IMG/VR virus record: IMGVR_UViG_3300049194_000050
Span: 1 to 33,721 of that record
Source: a virus
Taxonomy: Duplodnaviria > Caudoviricetes
Strand: one strand, 5' to 3'
DNA length: 33,721 bases
The notes below the pieces were generated by a model. That model made no database searches, was not told the DNA's origin, and saw nothing but the letters and a program-made list of their open reading frames with translations. Positions 9,946 through 19,680 of this stretch are shown in pieces. A program made the position numbers and the translations under genes. Position 1 is the stretch's first letter; each line of letters begins with the position of its first letter.

Positions 9946-10551
9946 CTATAAAAATGCGCTAATAATAGAGCCAAGACCACCTGCAATATTTCCCCAATCA
10001 TTTTGTCTTCCAGCTTGTCTTCCATAAGCTGCTTCCGCCATGTTATTTCCGTAATTACCATACATACCAGCTAAATTATTTGCTGCATTTTGTCCCATTC
10101 CCATCATATTTCCTATTCCTTGTCCATATTGAGAATTAATACCAAGAACTTGACCAAGCCAATTATTCATATCTTGAGATGAAATATCTCGTGCAAATTG
10201 TTCGCCAGATTGTTGATAAGGAGTGCTGCCAATTAATCCACTGGCAGATGCCGCATTTGTATTAGCACGCTCTGCTTGTTGTTGCTGAAAACGAGCCAAA
10301 GGAGACTCTTGATATTGACCCATAATATTATTAATAAACCCAGAAGGATCTTTCATGCCTTCTAGCCATTGTTGATATTGTGGGATAGCACCTGTACCAG
10401 CATTATAAAAAGGATTTTGTACTTGACGCGCTTGATTCATCGCATCTTGATATTGTTTCATAGCTTTTTTATATGGATCACTGGAACCGCCAAAAATTCC
10501 AGATCCTAAAGCTAATCCACCGCCTAACATTTGTCCCCAGTCTATTGCCAT
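9946..10551 (-). CDS. putative DNA ejection protein (gp7-like)
   Basis: G/Q/A-rich, hydrophobic Gly-rich ends, NPFYNAG and AASASGLIGS motifs. Confidence 0.7.
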   Translation of the reverse strand: MAIDWGQMLGGGLALGSGIFGGSSDPYKKAMKQYQDAMNQARQVQNPFYNAGTGAIPQYQQWLEGMKDPSGFINNIMGQYQESPLARFQQQQAERANTNAASASGLIGSTPYQQSGEQFARDISSQDMNNWLGQVLGINSQYGQGIGNMMGMGQNAANNLAGMYGNYGNNMAEAAYGRQAGRQNDWGNIAGGLGSIISAFL

Positions 10552-10553
10552 TG

Positions 10554-10571
10554 CATTTCATCCTTGAAATG
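10554..10571 (-). promoter_or_regulatory. ANGGA-loop hairpin over RBS
   Basis: CATTTCA-AGGA-TGAAATG-CA-ATG. Confidence 0.7.
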
Positions 10572-10587
10572 ATTTCAGTAGTTTACT

Positions 10588-10956
10588 TCAAACTAATACA
10601 AATGTCTTGAAAATTGCACTCGCAACATTGTTCCCAGAAAACGTAATAATAAATATTTTTGGTAATCTATTTGTGCTATCAAATAAAGTTAATCCACTAA
10701 TGTCTGGTAAATCTCCTAAAGGTTGTCCAATAATAGCTGTATATGGCGCTGTTATTGATGAAAGAGAAATTTGTCCTTCTAGAGCAGTTTCTGGAACTTG
10801 CGGTAAATATATTCCTGCTTGCGTCAAAAATCCTTGTAAAGATTGAATGAAGAAAGAAAAATAATTAAACCACATATCACTTAAAACAAGACCACCATCT
10901 TGTCGTGATTTAATAACTGGATCATATAGAGGTGCAGATTCTATATCTTGTGCCAT
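10588..10956 (-). CDS. hypothetical virion protein
   Basis: 122 aa, directly after the gp10-like gene. Confidence 0.6.
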   Translation of the reverse strand: MAQDIESAPLYDPVIKSRQDGGLVLSDMWFNYFSFFIQSLQGFLTQAGIYLPQVPETALEGQISLSSITAPYTAIIGQPLGDLPDISGLTLFDSTNRLPKIFIITFSGNNVASAIFKTFVLV

Positions 10957-10958
10957 AT

Positions 10959-12833
10959 CTACTCCGGTAAAATTTCATATGACCAGGCAGCTCCCAATAC
11001 TATAAATGGTAGCTCATTAAAAAATTCTATCTTAGGAATAAATGCCTGTCCTCTAGGAACTGTTCCTAACTTTCTCCAAACAGTTCTATAAGATCTTTGT
11101 CCTAATTTACCCATAGTTGCAGTTAATCTATTTCCAAATGAATTTCCGCCATCTCTCGAATAGGATAAAAATACAATAGGTTGCTCATCATTTATGACGG
11201 TAGTTACACCACTTTGCGTAGTAATATTATCATTACTTTCAGTTACAAGTTCATTTCCATCTTCTGTTATAAGGTCTTCACCTTCACTAATAACAATATC
11301 CGAAACAAATCCTTGTCTAAGATCTAATTGAAATCTATCTATACGTCTCCGATTATATCCTTCTGTTACAATAGGTCTTCCAATTCTCACCCTTTTTATA
11401 GCTTCTGTACCATTAGTAGTAATACTGTTGTCAACTATATAAAGAATAGGGCTGATATAACTTCCATAATAGTTAATTCCATTAAAGTACACATGCGTTT
11501 GAGCAGGATGTCTATCTCCATTCAACAATTCTTCTTCATGCCATTTAGGGTCTTCCCTTGTACTCATAGAAACATTAAGAACCCAAGTTTTATTTGCCTT
11601 AGTAAAATTAAGTCTATAAAAAATTATTCCATTTTCTTTAATTAAAATTCCTGTTGCATCTGATACACCAACATGCGGATCACCAGCATATTGCGCAAAT
11701 TCAAAATCTATGGCTCTTGTACTTACTGGCATAGATTCAGAACCTAATACTTCCATAACAGCACCAAGACCATCTTTATCTTGAGATAGAAAAAACATTC
11801 TATCAAACCCAGTTCTTATACTGGGTAAGGATGCACATCCATATTCCATTAACATGGAATTATTACGTCTAAATGGAAGATTTGTCCCTTGACCTTGATT
11901 TTCCCAAACTTCTGTAAAATTCTGGCTAAACAAAAATAATCTTCTATGTAAAGTACGACATCCTACAATTGTCCCAGGATGAGAATTAATTGCTCCTAAT
12001 TGTAATTGACCAGTGCTAACAATATTTACTATTGAAGTTACATCGGAAGTAATATTTATAGCATTTCCATTAATTGCATCAGTATATGAAGTAGCTAATT
12101 TAATATGAGTAGCATCTATATAAATACAATAATATGTAGTGCTAACAGCTAATCCAGTCCCTGCTAAACTACCACCTGCTCCTAATGTTAAAGTTACGGA
12201 AACACCCGTTTGATAATTAGGAGTACCAGAAACTCCATTAGTAAAATTACTAATTCCAACTATCAGTTGATCAGGTAAAGTACCAATATTAGTTGTAAAT
12301 TGATTGCTAGATGGGCCCCATATAAGCCCTTGGTTGAATGAAGAAAGTTGGAAAGTATTAGTATCTCCATTAGCTACAACAAAAAAACCATCAAGATATG
12401 TCACATCTATTGGCTTAGCAGGAAAACTAGTATCTGTAATCTGAATAAGATTATTTAAAGCAATCGTATCCCAAATATAACCATTTTTACCATCAACAAA
12501 TATTACTTGAAATGTATTTGCCTCTATTCCTACATAACCTACTTCAGTATTAATATTTCCTAAAAATGCTGGCGCATTAGAAGCATTGACAGAATAAACA
12601 CTATTTCCAATTACATGATAAGAAACATCATTAAATATAAAAGATGCTCTAAATCCTAATGTTGCTCTACTAAATGAAATACCACTATCTATAATTCCAG
12701 AAGTGCTTATTAAAGTTTTAGGCTTTTTACCTTTAGGATCTATGTATTCAAAAAGGTTGATAGAACGTTCAGAATCAATATTTTCGAAACGTTGTTTGTT
12801 AAAGCTCCCAACGATGTCGTAGTCTTCTAACAT
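10959..12833 (-). CDS. packaged DNA stabilization / tail hub protein (P22 gp10-like)
   Basis: DVTYLDGFFVV, TEVWENQG, LSYSRDGGNSFGN, WRKLG motifs; gene order. Confidence 0.85.
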   Translation of the reverse strand: MLEDYDIVGSFNKQRFENIDSERSINLFEYIDPKGKKPKTLISTSGIIDSGISFSRATLGFRASFIFNDVSYHVIGNSVYSVNASNAPAFLGNINTEVGYVGIEANTFQVIFVDGKNGYIWDTIALNNLIQITDTSFPAKPIDVTYLDGFFVVANGDTNTFQLSSFNQGLIWGPSSNQFTTNIGTLPDQLIVGISNFTNGVSGTPNYQTGVSVTLTLGAGGSLAGTGLAVSTTYYCIYIDATHIKLATSYTDAINGNAINITSDVTSIVNIVSTGQLQLGAINSHPGTIVGCRTLHRRLFLFSQNFTEVWENQGQGTNLPFRRNNSMLMEYGCASLPSIRTGFDRMFFLSQDKDGLGAVMEVLGSESMPVSTRAIDFEFAQYAGDPHVGVSDATGILIKENGIIFYRLNFTKANKTWVLNVSMSTREDPKWHEEELLNGDRHPAQTHVYFNGINYYGSYISPILYIVDNSITTNGTEAIKRVRIGRPIVTEGYNRRRIDRFQLDLRQGFVSDIVISEGEDLITEDGNELVTESNDNITTQSGVTTVINDEQPIVFLSYSRDGGNSFGNRLTATMGKLGQRSYRTVWRKLGTVPRGQAFIPKIEFFNELPFIVLGAAWSYEILPE

Positions 12834-12834
12834 A

Positions 12835-13563
12835 TTAAAGAGCCAAAATATTAGTCCACCAATAAGACGGTCTTTGCATTTCCAGTAATAAAGAAGGTCT
12901 TATGGTGAGGTCAGTTTCATTAACGTTCTTCAATGTTTGATAGTAATCTTGATATTCATCTTCATTTTCTTTAGGCCAATTACCTGAAGGATAATAAGCA
13001 AGAAATTTCCTTGCTAAAGCATATTTAAGAAAACCGTAGTAGAAAGGAGGAACTTCGTTAAGACTATCTTGAGCTTCTAATTTATTAATCATTACCTTTG
13101 CTTTTATCGAGCAAGGATATGGTCTATCAGGAACAGGATAAAAAGTAATAATGCTTTCTGTAGGCTGTTTATTTAAGAAAACAAATCCAGGACGAGTTTG
13201 TAGGGTATTTAATCTAACAATATCATAATAAGTCGCCTTATTAATTATACGCAAAGGATAAGTTACTTGTTCTTCAACTGTATAATTTGCAAATGTTAAA
13301 TCAACAATCCTGTCAGCAGTAATATTAGCAGGAACCATGTCAGAAATAGTATATTCTGCCTGACCTGGAACCATAACGAAATCAATAGTTGTTTCATAAG
13401 GGATATAAATACTATCCGCAGAAAATTTATCAAGAATTTCGTTAATTAATTCAAGGCCCGTACTCAACATGAACGAATCTGCAACTTCTCCTACACCAAG
13501 TTCCCCAAGGAGATAAAGAGAATTGACAATAAGATCATTGGTCGTTCGTTGGACTTGGGCCAT
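12835..13563 (-). CDS. head-to-tail adaptor (P22 gp4-like)
   Basis: DLIVNSLYLLGELGVGE...GLELINEILD; LKYALA; position after coat. Confidence 0.75.
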   Translation of the reverse strand: MAQVQRTTNDLIVNSLYLLGELGVGEVADSFMLSTGLELINEILDKFSADSIYIPYETTIDFVMVPGQAEYTISDMVPANITADRIVDLTFANYTVEEQVTYPLRIINKATYYDIVRLNTLQTRPGFVFLNKQPTESIITFYPVPDRPYPCSIKAKVMINKLEAQDSLNEVPPFYYGFLKYALARKFLAYYPSGNWPKENEDEYQDYYQTLKNVNETDLTIRPSLLLEMQRPSYWWTNILAL

Positions 13564-13576
13564 GAATTAAGCTCAC

Positions 13577-13825
13577 TTACTTAACCGGATAACACTTGTC
13601 CATTTTACTTGTCAACTTTTTTCCGAAAGATTGTGTTCTTTCTCCATTGTTTGACATTTCAGCATTGTAATCTTTGGGTAATCCTCCCATGTTTGGGTTT
13701 TTACCAGCATATTTTGCTTGTTCTGCTTGAGTACGACGCACGAATTCATTATTCGCACTGTGTTCTGCTTCATTCATCGAGTTTCTGGATTCCATTCTTA
13801 CGTTTTCTCGGCTTTTCATTTTCAA
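13577..13825 (-). CDS. hypothetical protein
   Basis: ORF filling the coat-to-adaptor gap; start uncertain. Confidence 0.55.
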   Translation of the reverse strand: MKMKSRENVRMESRNSMNEAEHSANNEFVRRTQAEQAKYAGKNPNMGGLPKDYNAEMSNNGERTQSFGKKLTSKMDKCYPVK

Positions 13826-13967
13826 TTATCCTTTTTTCAAATTTATCCCGCATTTCTTTTGCCATTTTTGGACAAGAGAACCAATATCCTGTTGCTAACA
13901 AACGATTGCGTTCATCATCTTCAACAACTTTCATGTCATCTACTGCATGATAAACGCAATGCAACAT
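13770..13967 (-). CDS. hypothetical protein
   Basis: SD TAGGAG; GYWFSCP; follows coat gene. Confidence 0.65.
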   Translation of the reverse strand: MLHCVYHAVDDMKVVEDDERNRLLATGYWFSCPKMAKEMRDKFEKRIIENEKPRKRKNGIQKLDE

Positions 13968-13977
13968 AATATTTCTC

Positions 13978-15189
13978 CTAAGACAAAACTTTTACTGCAT
14001 ATTGGTTATGCCATTTAAATCCGCATAATAAGTCAATACGCATGTAGTTTTGATAGGCTTGTATATCACCAATTTGTGTAACAGCTAATGACAATCCAGT
14101 TTCTGGATCTACTGCTACATCTGCATATGGAACTTGTAGCTTATAGAGAGGAGGACAAACAATATCGATAGCACGTGAAGGATAAGCTACGTTTACGTTA
14201 TAGCTTTGGATCATCGTTACTACAGCATCATTTGGAATTGGATTGCTGACATTACGATTTGGATTTGCAGTATCACTGATAATTTCAGGTTCTACAACAA
14301 TAGTTACATTCCCTGAACCATCAGATGATGCAGCTTGTTGAATAACAAATTGCATGTTTTGACCGGTAGCTTTACGTCCAACAGGATTAACAGATTGAAC
14401 ACCAGCAATTGAAATTAAGTCACCTGGTAAAAAGTAATCTGTAATATTAATCGTTGCACCATTTAATGCAATCGTATTACCAGAAGATACAGCACCATTT
14501 ACTAACAAGGCATCTGATTGGTGTGAAGTTGGTCCCGCACCAGCAACATGACGAACTATATTTTGAGATTGGAAAATATCAAAATATGATAAGTGACCAA
14601 TTGCAGATTGACGAGCGATTTCTTCATTAAATACTGGTGTAAAGTTATTTAATAAAGAACTTTTTAATGAGCTACCATCTCGCACCGTGGTTGACATATA
14701 AGCATCCGATGCGATATTCACGCCTTGTTCTAATAATTTAGCGCCGGCTAAATCCACGGTTTGGAAACTATTAATTGGGGTTCCAGCGGTCCCGGTAAAG
14801 AAATTAAGATCAAGTTCTGCAGCAGAATAGATATCTTTTTCCATCTGCGTAATGATTTCTTGAATTGCTGGTTGAATAAACAGACGACTAAAATCTTCAA
14901 TACGTAAAGATAAGTCTTGTACTGTGTATGCAATCAATGCGTGATATTGATGTGCAACAGTAATATTTTCTACTGTTTCAATGATACTTTGTGGTGTAGC
15001 AACAGAACCATCGCCAACAATATAATGATTCTGACGACGGACTTGTAAAGTATCGCCAATTTTATAACCTGAAGAAGTAAAATCATCCTGATAAATACGT
15101 GAAGCAGTCATAATTGCAGGACAGTTATTTGCAAACATTGCTAAAGCAGTATTACTTACTAGCGATGTAGTAATAAATTGATTAGACAT
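13978..15189 (-). CDS. major capsid protein (P22 coat family)
   Basis: MSNQFITT, KIGDTLQVRR, FIQPAIQ, RIDLLCG motifs; 403 aa after scaffold. Confidence 0.92.
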   Translation of the reverse strand: MSNQFITTSLVSNTALAMFANNCPAIMTASRIYQDDFTSSGYKIGDTLQVRRQNHYIVGDGSVATPQSIIETVENITVAHQYHALIAYTVQDLSLRIEDFSRLFIQPAIQEIITQMEKDIYSAAELDLNFFTGTAGTPINSFQTVDLAGAKLLEQGVNIASDAYMSTTVRDGSSLKSSLLNNFTPVFNEEIARQSAIGHLSYFDIFQSQNIVRHVAGAGPTSHQSDALLVNGAVSSGNTIALNGATINITDYFLPGDLISIAGVQSVNPVGRKATGQNMQFVIQQAASSDGSGNVTIVVEPEIISDTANPNRNVSNPIPNDAVVTMIQSYNVNVAYPSRAIDIVCPPLYKLQVPYADVAVDPETGLSLAVTQIGDIQAYQNYMRIDLLCGFKWHNQYAVKVLS

Positions 15190-15201
15190 ATTTCCGAGTC
15201 T

Positions 15202-15219
15202 CCGTTAATCCTTTAACGG
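15202..15219 (-). promoter_or_regulatory. ANGGA-loop hairpin partly pairing the coat SD
   Basis: CCGTTAA-AGGA-TTAACGG(AG), second ACGGA in 3' arm. Confidence 0.7.
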
Positions 15220-15242
15220 CGCCTGGGATAAAGATACTTCCT

Positions 15243-16019
15243 TTATTTCCAGGTACCAGCCTTCATCCGCGAACGAATATCGCTTGCGGTTGCCCTTTGA
15301 GAGACCGCGCTATGAGAAGTCTGTGGATTTCCTTTGACTGAATTCATTATCTTAGAATTACTGGGGTTAGAAGATGCCTTAGTGTCCCCATTAGCCAAAG
15401 CAAACCCAAGTTTCATTACTTCTTGAGCTTGGTCGAATGGGTGAAGTTGTGAAATACGTCTAAGTTCTTCCTTGTTCTTACCTAATTTATACAGAACATC
15501 CGCACGCATATGCCGAGGTATAAGTAACGACGCATCCCGCATCGCATTTGTAAAAGGCACATCCTGGCCTTTTACTACTTCGTCAAAGTCTTCGTATTTA
15601 TCAATTCCATTATCAAGGTCATTTTGCAGATCCTGGTAATGTTGTTGGACACGAACCATTTGTTCAGCACTTTTCGCCTTTTGTTCCTGCTCTTCCCGAT
15701 GCCGTAACGCAAGGCTAACCGCACGTTGTATTCGCTCATCTTCAGTAGATGGCATAGATGAATTTTCATTCATCGGAGGTGAGTAGCTTTCTTGTTGATT
15801 CCCAAGTTTTGCATACAAGTCTTGCATTTGATCTTGTAATGCACGAATTTCTTTACGGTGCCGCTTTTCTTGTCGCCCTAAACGCTCCTTGGCAACTAAC
15901 GGCAAATCATCCTTGGGCGCTTCTTCACCTGAATTATCAGGATCAGAACCTTGAGAATCTACGCCTAAACTTCCCATTACCTCTTCTGTACTAGGTGAAC
16001 TTTGAACTTCGTCTTCCAT
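15243..16019 (-). CDS. scaffolding protein
   Basis: Acidic N-terminus, coiled coil, KYEDFDEVV and DVLYKLGKN motifs; ATG 16019 has GGAG SD. Confidence 0.8.
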   Translation of the reverse strand: MEDEVQSSPSTEEVMGSLGVDSQGSDPDNSGEEAPKDDLPLVAKERLGRQEKRHRKEIRALQDQMQDLYAKLGNQQESYSPPMNENSSMPSTEDERIQRAVSLALRHREEQEQKAKSAEQMVRVQQHYQDLQNDLDNGIDKYEDFDEVVKGQDVPFTNAMRDASLLIPRHMRADVLYKLGKNKEELRRISQLHPFDQAQEVMKLGFALANGDTKASSNPSNSKIMNSVKGNPQTSHSAVSQRATASDIRSRMKAGTWK

Positions 16020-16252
16020 AACAACTCCACATGGCATCTTATGCCCCAGAATTAAGGGTTTTCTGTGACCCCCGCAAATGATCCTTTTGCGTCTAATAAA
16101 TTATCTTCTTTTTTTAAATATTTTCATCACTACTAATAGTGATTCTTATTTTATTTTGATATATTATGTGGATTCACGGATGAAAGAAGATCGTTTGTGA
16201 CTCGTTTGTAATTGGCCTATATTAATCCTTTTATATAGGCCGCTCTTTTTAA

Positions 16253-18382
16253 TTATATTTGTTGATTAAAATGCTTATGAAGATCAGCTAAAGTCCTGGT
16301 TATTTCACTTGTATAATCCATATTTGTTTTTCTTATATCCATTACTTTATCTATTTTATCCATTTGCATTCTATCTTGGAGTTCTTTTGCTTTTAAAAGC
16401 AATTGCGCTTTTTCCAATTCATGTTGTTGTTCACGAATATTTAATTCACGATGTCGTTCTTGTAATTGTTGCATCTTATCTTGCATCTCCATTTGCATCA
16501 TTTGTTCTTGAGGAGAAGGAGGTTGTGGAGGAAGTTCTTTGCCTTCTTCCTTAGCGATAATTTGAGGAGGCACCATTGTTTTAAGACGTTCAACAATTTG
16601 AGGACCATTCTCAATATCAAGATTTTCAGCCCACAAATCAGCCACAAGCGAAAATACTTGAGGGTTTCCAGAAGCCGCAATAGTCTGTTGGAAAAACTCA
16701 AGAGCAATTTCTTTCTGCACTGCAAAAGATGGTCCAGTATCAATTTCAATATCGTAATCACCATAATCCATTGCATTTTCAATATTTCCATTTTCATCTT
16801 TATCATTTAAAGATATCGTTTGTGTTTTACCACTTTGTTTAGTAATAACCATATCCCTTTGTTCATTATAAACAAATGGTAATAAATCTAATACTACTCT
16901 TCCCCCTTGTTCAATTGCCTGATTTGCATTATCAAAAAATACATAGGCACTCATTGAACCTTCGGTTTTTCTTTCACGGCGTGCTTTACCAGATATATCT
17001 ATCCCTTGCATATTTTCCGATTGTGAAAATCCTAATATTACACGTAAATCCTGCGTTAAACGTTGATGATTAACTAGTAAAGTTTGTGGTACTTCTGAAG
17101 GCGGTTGTTTAACTGGCATCATCCCTGTTTTAGGATCAGGTTGTGCAACTAAAACACCATTCTGCACTTCAGGGTTACGCCACATTTGTTCATAACCTTT
17201 TATATTATCTGGCGTAGCAAGCCATTGCTCACGTCGTCTATTTTTTATTTCAGTCATTATTTCAGCAAAATTATAATTAATAGCTTTCTGAACATCTTTA
17301 GAATCAGAAATAAAACTTTTAGTATACTGCCTTCCTTCTATTAATGATGAATCACCATCTACAAATATTAATGGTAAATATTTTGATGGCCATTCTGAAA
17401 AGTCTAATACCTGATTCTTAAGTAAGCGATAGTGCATTATCTTAAAATCTTGGCTTTGACGTTCACCAATAATTTCTGGTATCTCATTACGAATAATCCG
17501 TTTAACTTCTTCTGAAGACTGAGTAGCTATTTCTTCTTGAAATTTTATTTTATCTTTAATTTTTTCCCATTCTTCTTCGGTAACGCTTTCTCCATTACTT
17601 AGAAGATAAACTATTATTGGTTTCCATTCTTTTTTGTAATAATCACAAATTACTATTGCATCATTTCTGTGCCATTGAAGATCTAATAAACTTCTTACAT
17701 CAACATAAGATTCAGGATTAATTGCATAGGGATAAGTTGCATAGAACTCTTGTTTACTCATAGGGATCTTACGGCTACAAAAGTTTCCATCCCCTTTATG
17801 TGGTTTAACCGCAGAGGGATCAAATGTAGTTTGAGTGACATCTGGTATTAATCGGTAAGATATTATTTTTTTAAAACTTCGTGGGTTCTCATATTCAATA
17901 CCAATTTCAAATGCTCCATATCCCATTGTTAATGCAGATTTGAAAGCATGCTGATAAATTAAATCATTTTGTGATTGATAAGAAATCGTTCTTACCATAT
18001 CAGCTCGAAGTGTTATTTGATCTTGAGAGGCTTTTCCATTAAGAGATCTAACCATTAAGTCAGGTTTATTTTGTCTTTGTTCAGCCAATATTTTCTTAAC
18101 TTCTGGATAAATCATATTGGCAGTCATTGCAGGTTTGAAAAGACGATTAAACTCTGATCTTTCTACAGAAGTCCATTGATCTTTCACAAGGAACTGAACA
18201 TCATCTTTACCACGGGTTATATTTTCACTGAAAAATCCTTGCCATCTTCCATCATCATCTAAAGCATTATCTAATACTGTTAATTCATCTATCCCGGCTT
18301 CTTCAAGCATAGAAATACGTTTTTCTTCCATTTCATTGATTTTATCCAAAGAAATGCTTGCTTCTTCCTGTAAACGTTCCAT
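16253..18382 (-). CDS. portal protein (P22-like)
   Basis: 709 aa; DQW, GYGAF, YLPLIFVDG, YDIEIDTGPSF motifs; Q-rich C-terminal barrel. Confidence 0.92.
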   Translation of the reverse strand: MERLQEEASISLDKINEMEEKRISMLEEAGIDELTVLDNALDDDGRWQGFFSENITRGKDDVQFLVKDQWTSVERSEFNRLFKPAMTANMIYPEVKKILAEQRQNKPDLMVRSLNGKASQDQITLRADMVRTISYQSQNDLIYQHAFKSALTMGYGAFEIGIEYENPRSFKKIISYRLIPDVTQTTFDPSAVKPHKGDGNFCSRKIPMSKQEFYATYPYAINPESYVDVRSLLDLQWHRNDAIVICDYYKKEWKPIIVYLLSNGESVTEEEWEKIKDKIKFQEEIATQSSEEVKRIIRNEIPEIIGERQSQDFKIMHYRLLKNQVLDFSEWPSKYLPLIFVDGDSSLIEGRQYTKSFISDSKDVQKAINYNFAEIMTEIKNRRREQWLATPDNIKGYEQMWRNPEVQNGVLVAQPDPKTGMMPVKQPPSEVPQTLLVNHQRLTQDLRVILGFSQSENMQGIDISGKARRERKTEGSMSAYVFFDNANQAIEQGGRVVLDLLPFVYNEQRDMVITKQSGKTQTISLNDKDENGNIENAMDYGDYDIEIDTGPSFAVQKEIALEFFQQTIAASGNPQVFSLVADLWAENLDIENGPQIVERLKTMVPPQIIAKEEGKELPPQPPSPQEQMMQMEMQDKMQQLQERHRELNIREQQHELEKAQLLLKAKELQDRMQMDKIDKVMDIRKTNMDYTSEITRTLADLHKHFNQQI

Positions 18383-18384
18383 TT

Positions 18385-18405
18385 TAAATCCCTTCCTTGG
18401 GTTTA
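18385..18405 (-). promoter_or_regulatory. ANGGA-loop hairpin over portal RBS
   Basis: TAAACCC-AAGGAA-GGGATTTA. Confidence 0.65.
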
Positions 18406-18598
18406 TAAAATTATGCCGGATTCCTTCCCACTTCCGGCCGAGTGGATGGAAATGTCATATACAACATAGGCAATCGTAATGACATTGTGAAGACTTTATC
18501 CATTACTTTCTATAATGTTGCTTATCTATAATTAAATTAATGCTAAAAATTTACCTTTAATTAACTATAAATATCATTAAATAACATAATATGTTTAA

Positions 18599-18832
18599 TC
18601 ATTCGAAATTGCATGAATGTATATCTAAATCTATTGTTTTTTTAATGTTTTCAATATCTGACTTAATATCCATTAATTCGTTTTTTACTTCATTAACATA
18701 ATGAGTAGGCTCATATTTAACAAAATTCCATAATTGCATTACTGTATCTTCAACCTGTCTTATTCTTTCTTTAATTTCTGCGATAGACTTAAATGGATTT
18801 ATATCTTTTGGAATCATTCTAATACGCTCCAT
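18599..18832 (-). CDS. hypothetical coiled-coil protein
   Basis: ORF track; start may be 18817. Confidence 0.55.
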   Translation of the reverse strand: MERIRMIPKDINPFKSIAEIKERIRQVEDTVMQLWNFVKYEPTHYVNEVKNELMDIKSDIENIKKTIDLDIHSCNFE

Positions 18833-18984
18833 GTTTTAGAATTAACTTCATCAGCTGTTGGATAAGTATCACTAAATTTTCCGTCACAAATTATTACGTT
18901 CCTCATATTATAGACATGGCCTGTTATATCATTAGTAACTTTTTTTCCTTTAAGTAATTCTTCTATTGCTTCATAGAAGTTCAT
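18814..18984 (-). CDS. small DUF2829-like protein (not in ORF track)
   Basis: MNFYEAIEELLKGKKVT...DEVNSKTWSVLE. Confidence 0.55.
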   Translation of the reverse strand: MNFYEAIEELLKGKKVTNDITGHVYNMRNVIICDGKFSDTYPTADEVNSKTWSVLE

Positions 18985-19121
18985 TTACGAATACCCATAC
19001 CATTTTCCATAAGTCTTATAAGATTTTCTTTTATAGAATTAATAATAAAATTTGGATCATCCACATTAGGATAACTATCTAAATATCCCATTAGCCAAAA
19101 TACAAATTGTTCATATGTCAT
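18981..19121 (-). CDS. small phage protein (not in ORF track)
   Basis: MTYEQFVFWLMGYLD...; ATGA overlap with next gene. Confidence 0.6.
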   Translation of the reverse strand: MTYEQFVFWLMGYLDSYPNVDDPNFIINSIKENLIRLMENGMGIRK

Positions 19122-19350
19122 AAATAATCCCTCTAGTAAGAAGATCTCCTTTATACAGATCCGTACATGGATAAGAATTATATTGTATATAAAGATATTC
19201 TATTAATTCTTCTGATTGTCTTTGAAAGAGAGGCGCTTTATCATTAGAGAATTCTTCAATTAAAGAAATTAAATTTCTAAAACTAGTCGAATAACCAATC
19301 TTGTAAAACTTATATACCTCTTCTTTATATTTTTCGTATGGTATTTCCAT
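19111..19350 (-). CDS. hypothetical protein
   Basis: SD AAGGAG; 79 aa. Confidence 0.6.
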   Translation of the reverse strand: MEIPYEKYKEEVYKFYKIGYSTSFRNLISLIEEFSNDKAPLFQRQSEELIEYLYIQYNSYPCTDLYKGDLLTRGIIYDI

Positions 19351-19408
19351 TAAATAATCTCCTTGCCATCAACTTATTAAAGTCAATAGTTATTTATTAG
19401 CAATCATA

Positions 19409-19660
19409 TTACGGAAGAACGGTCAATTGGCATGAACCATCAGTGAATACGGGTTTATACCATTGCGTTCCATTTGAGCCTACCGCCCCTACTATATCTG
19501 TAGATAACAAACTAAATCCTTGGCTTTGTATATAGCTATCTAAAAATCCAGCAGCTGCAATTTCAGATAAAGTATTATTTGGCGCATATAAACGACCAAT
19601 ACGAGGAACTACGTTATTGTTTTCACCTGCAAATGAAATATTAAATGAATATACTGACAT
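19409..19660 (-). CDS. hypothetical, possibly virion protein
   Basis: 83 aa with structural-gene-like composition; RBS hairpin ACTT-AAGGAA-AAGT at 19664-19677. Confidence 0.65.
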   Translation of the reverse strand: MSVYSFNISFAGENNNVVPRIGRLYAPNNTLSEIAAAGFLDSYIQSQGFSLLSTDIVGAVGSNGTQWYKPVFTDGSCQLTVLP

Positions 19661-19680
19661 GATACTTTTCCTTAAGTTAG

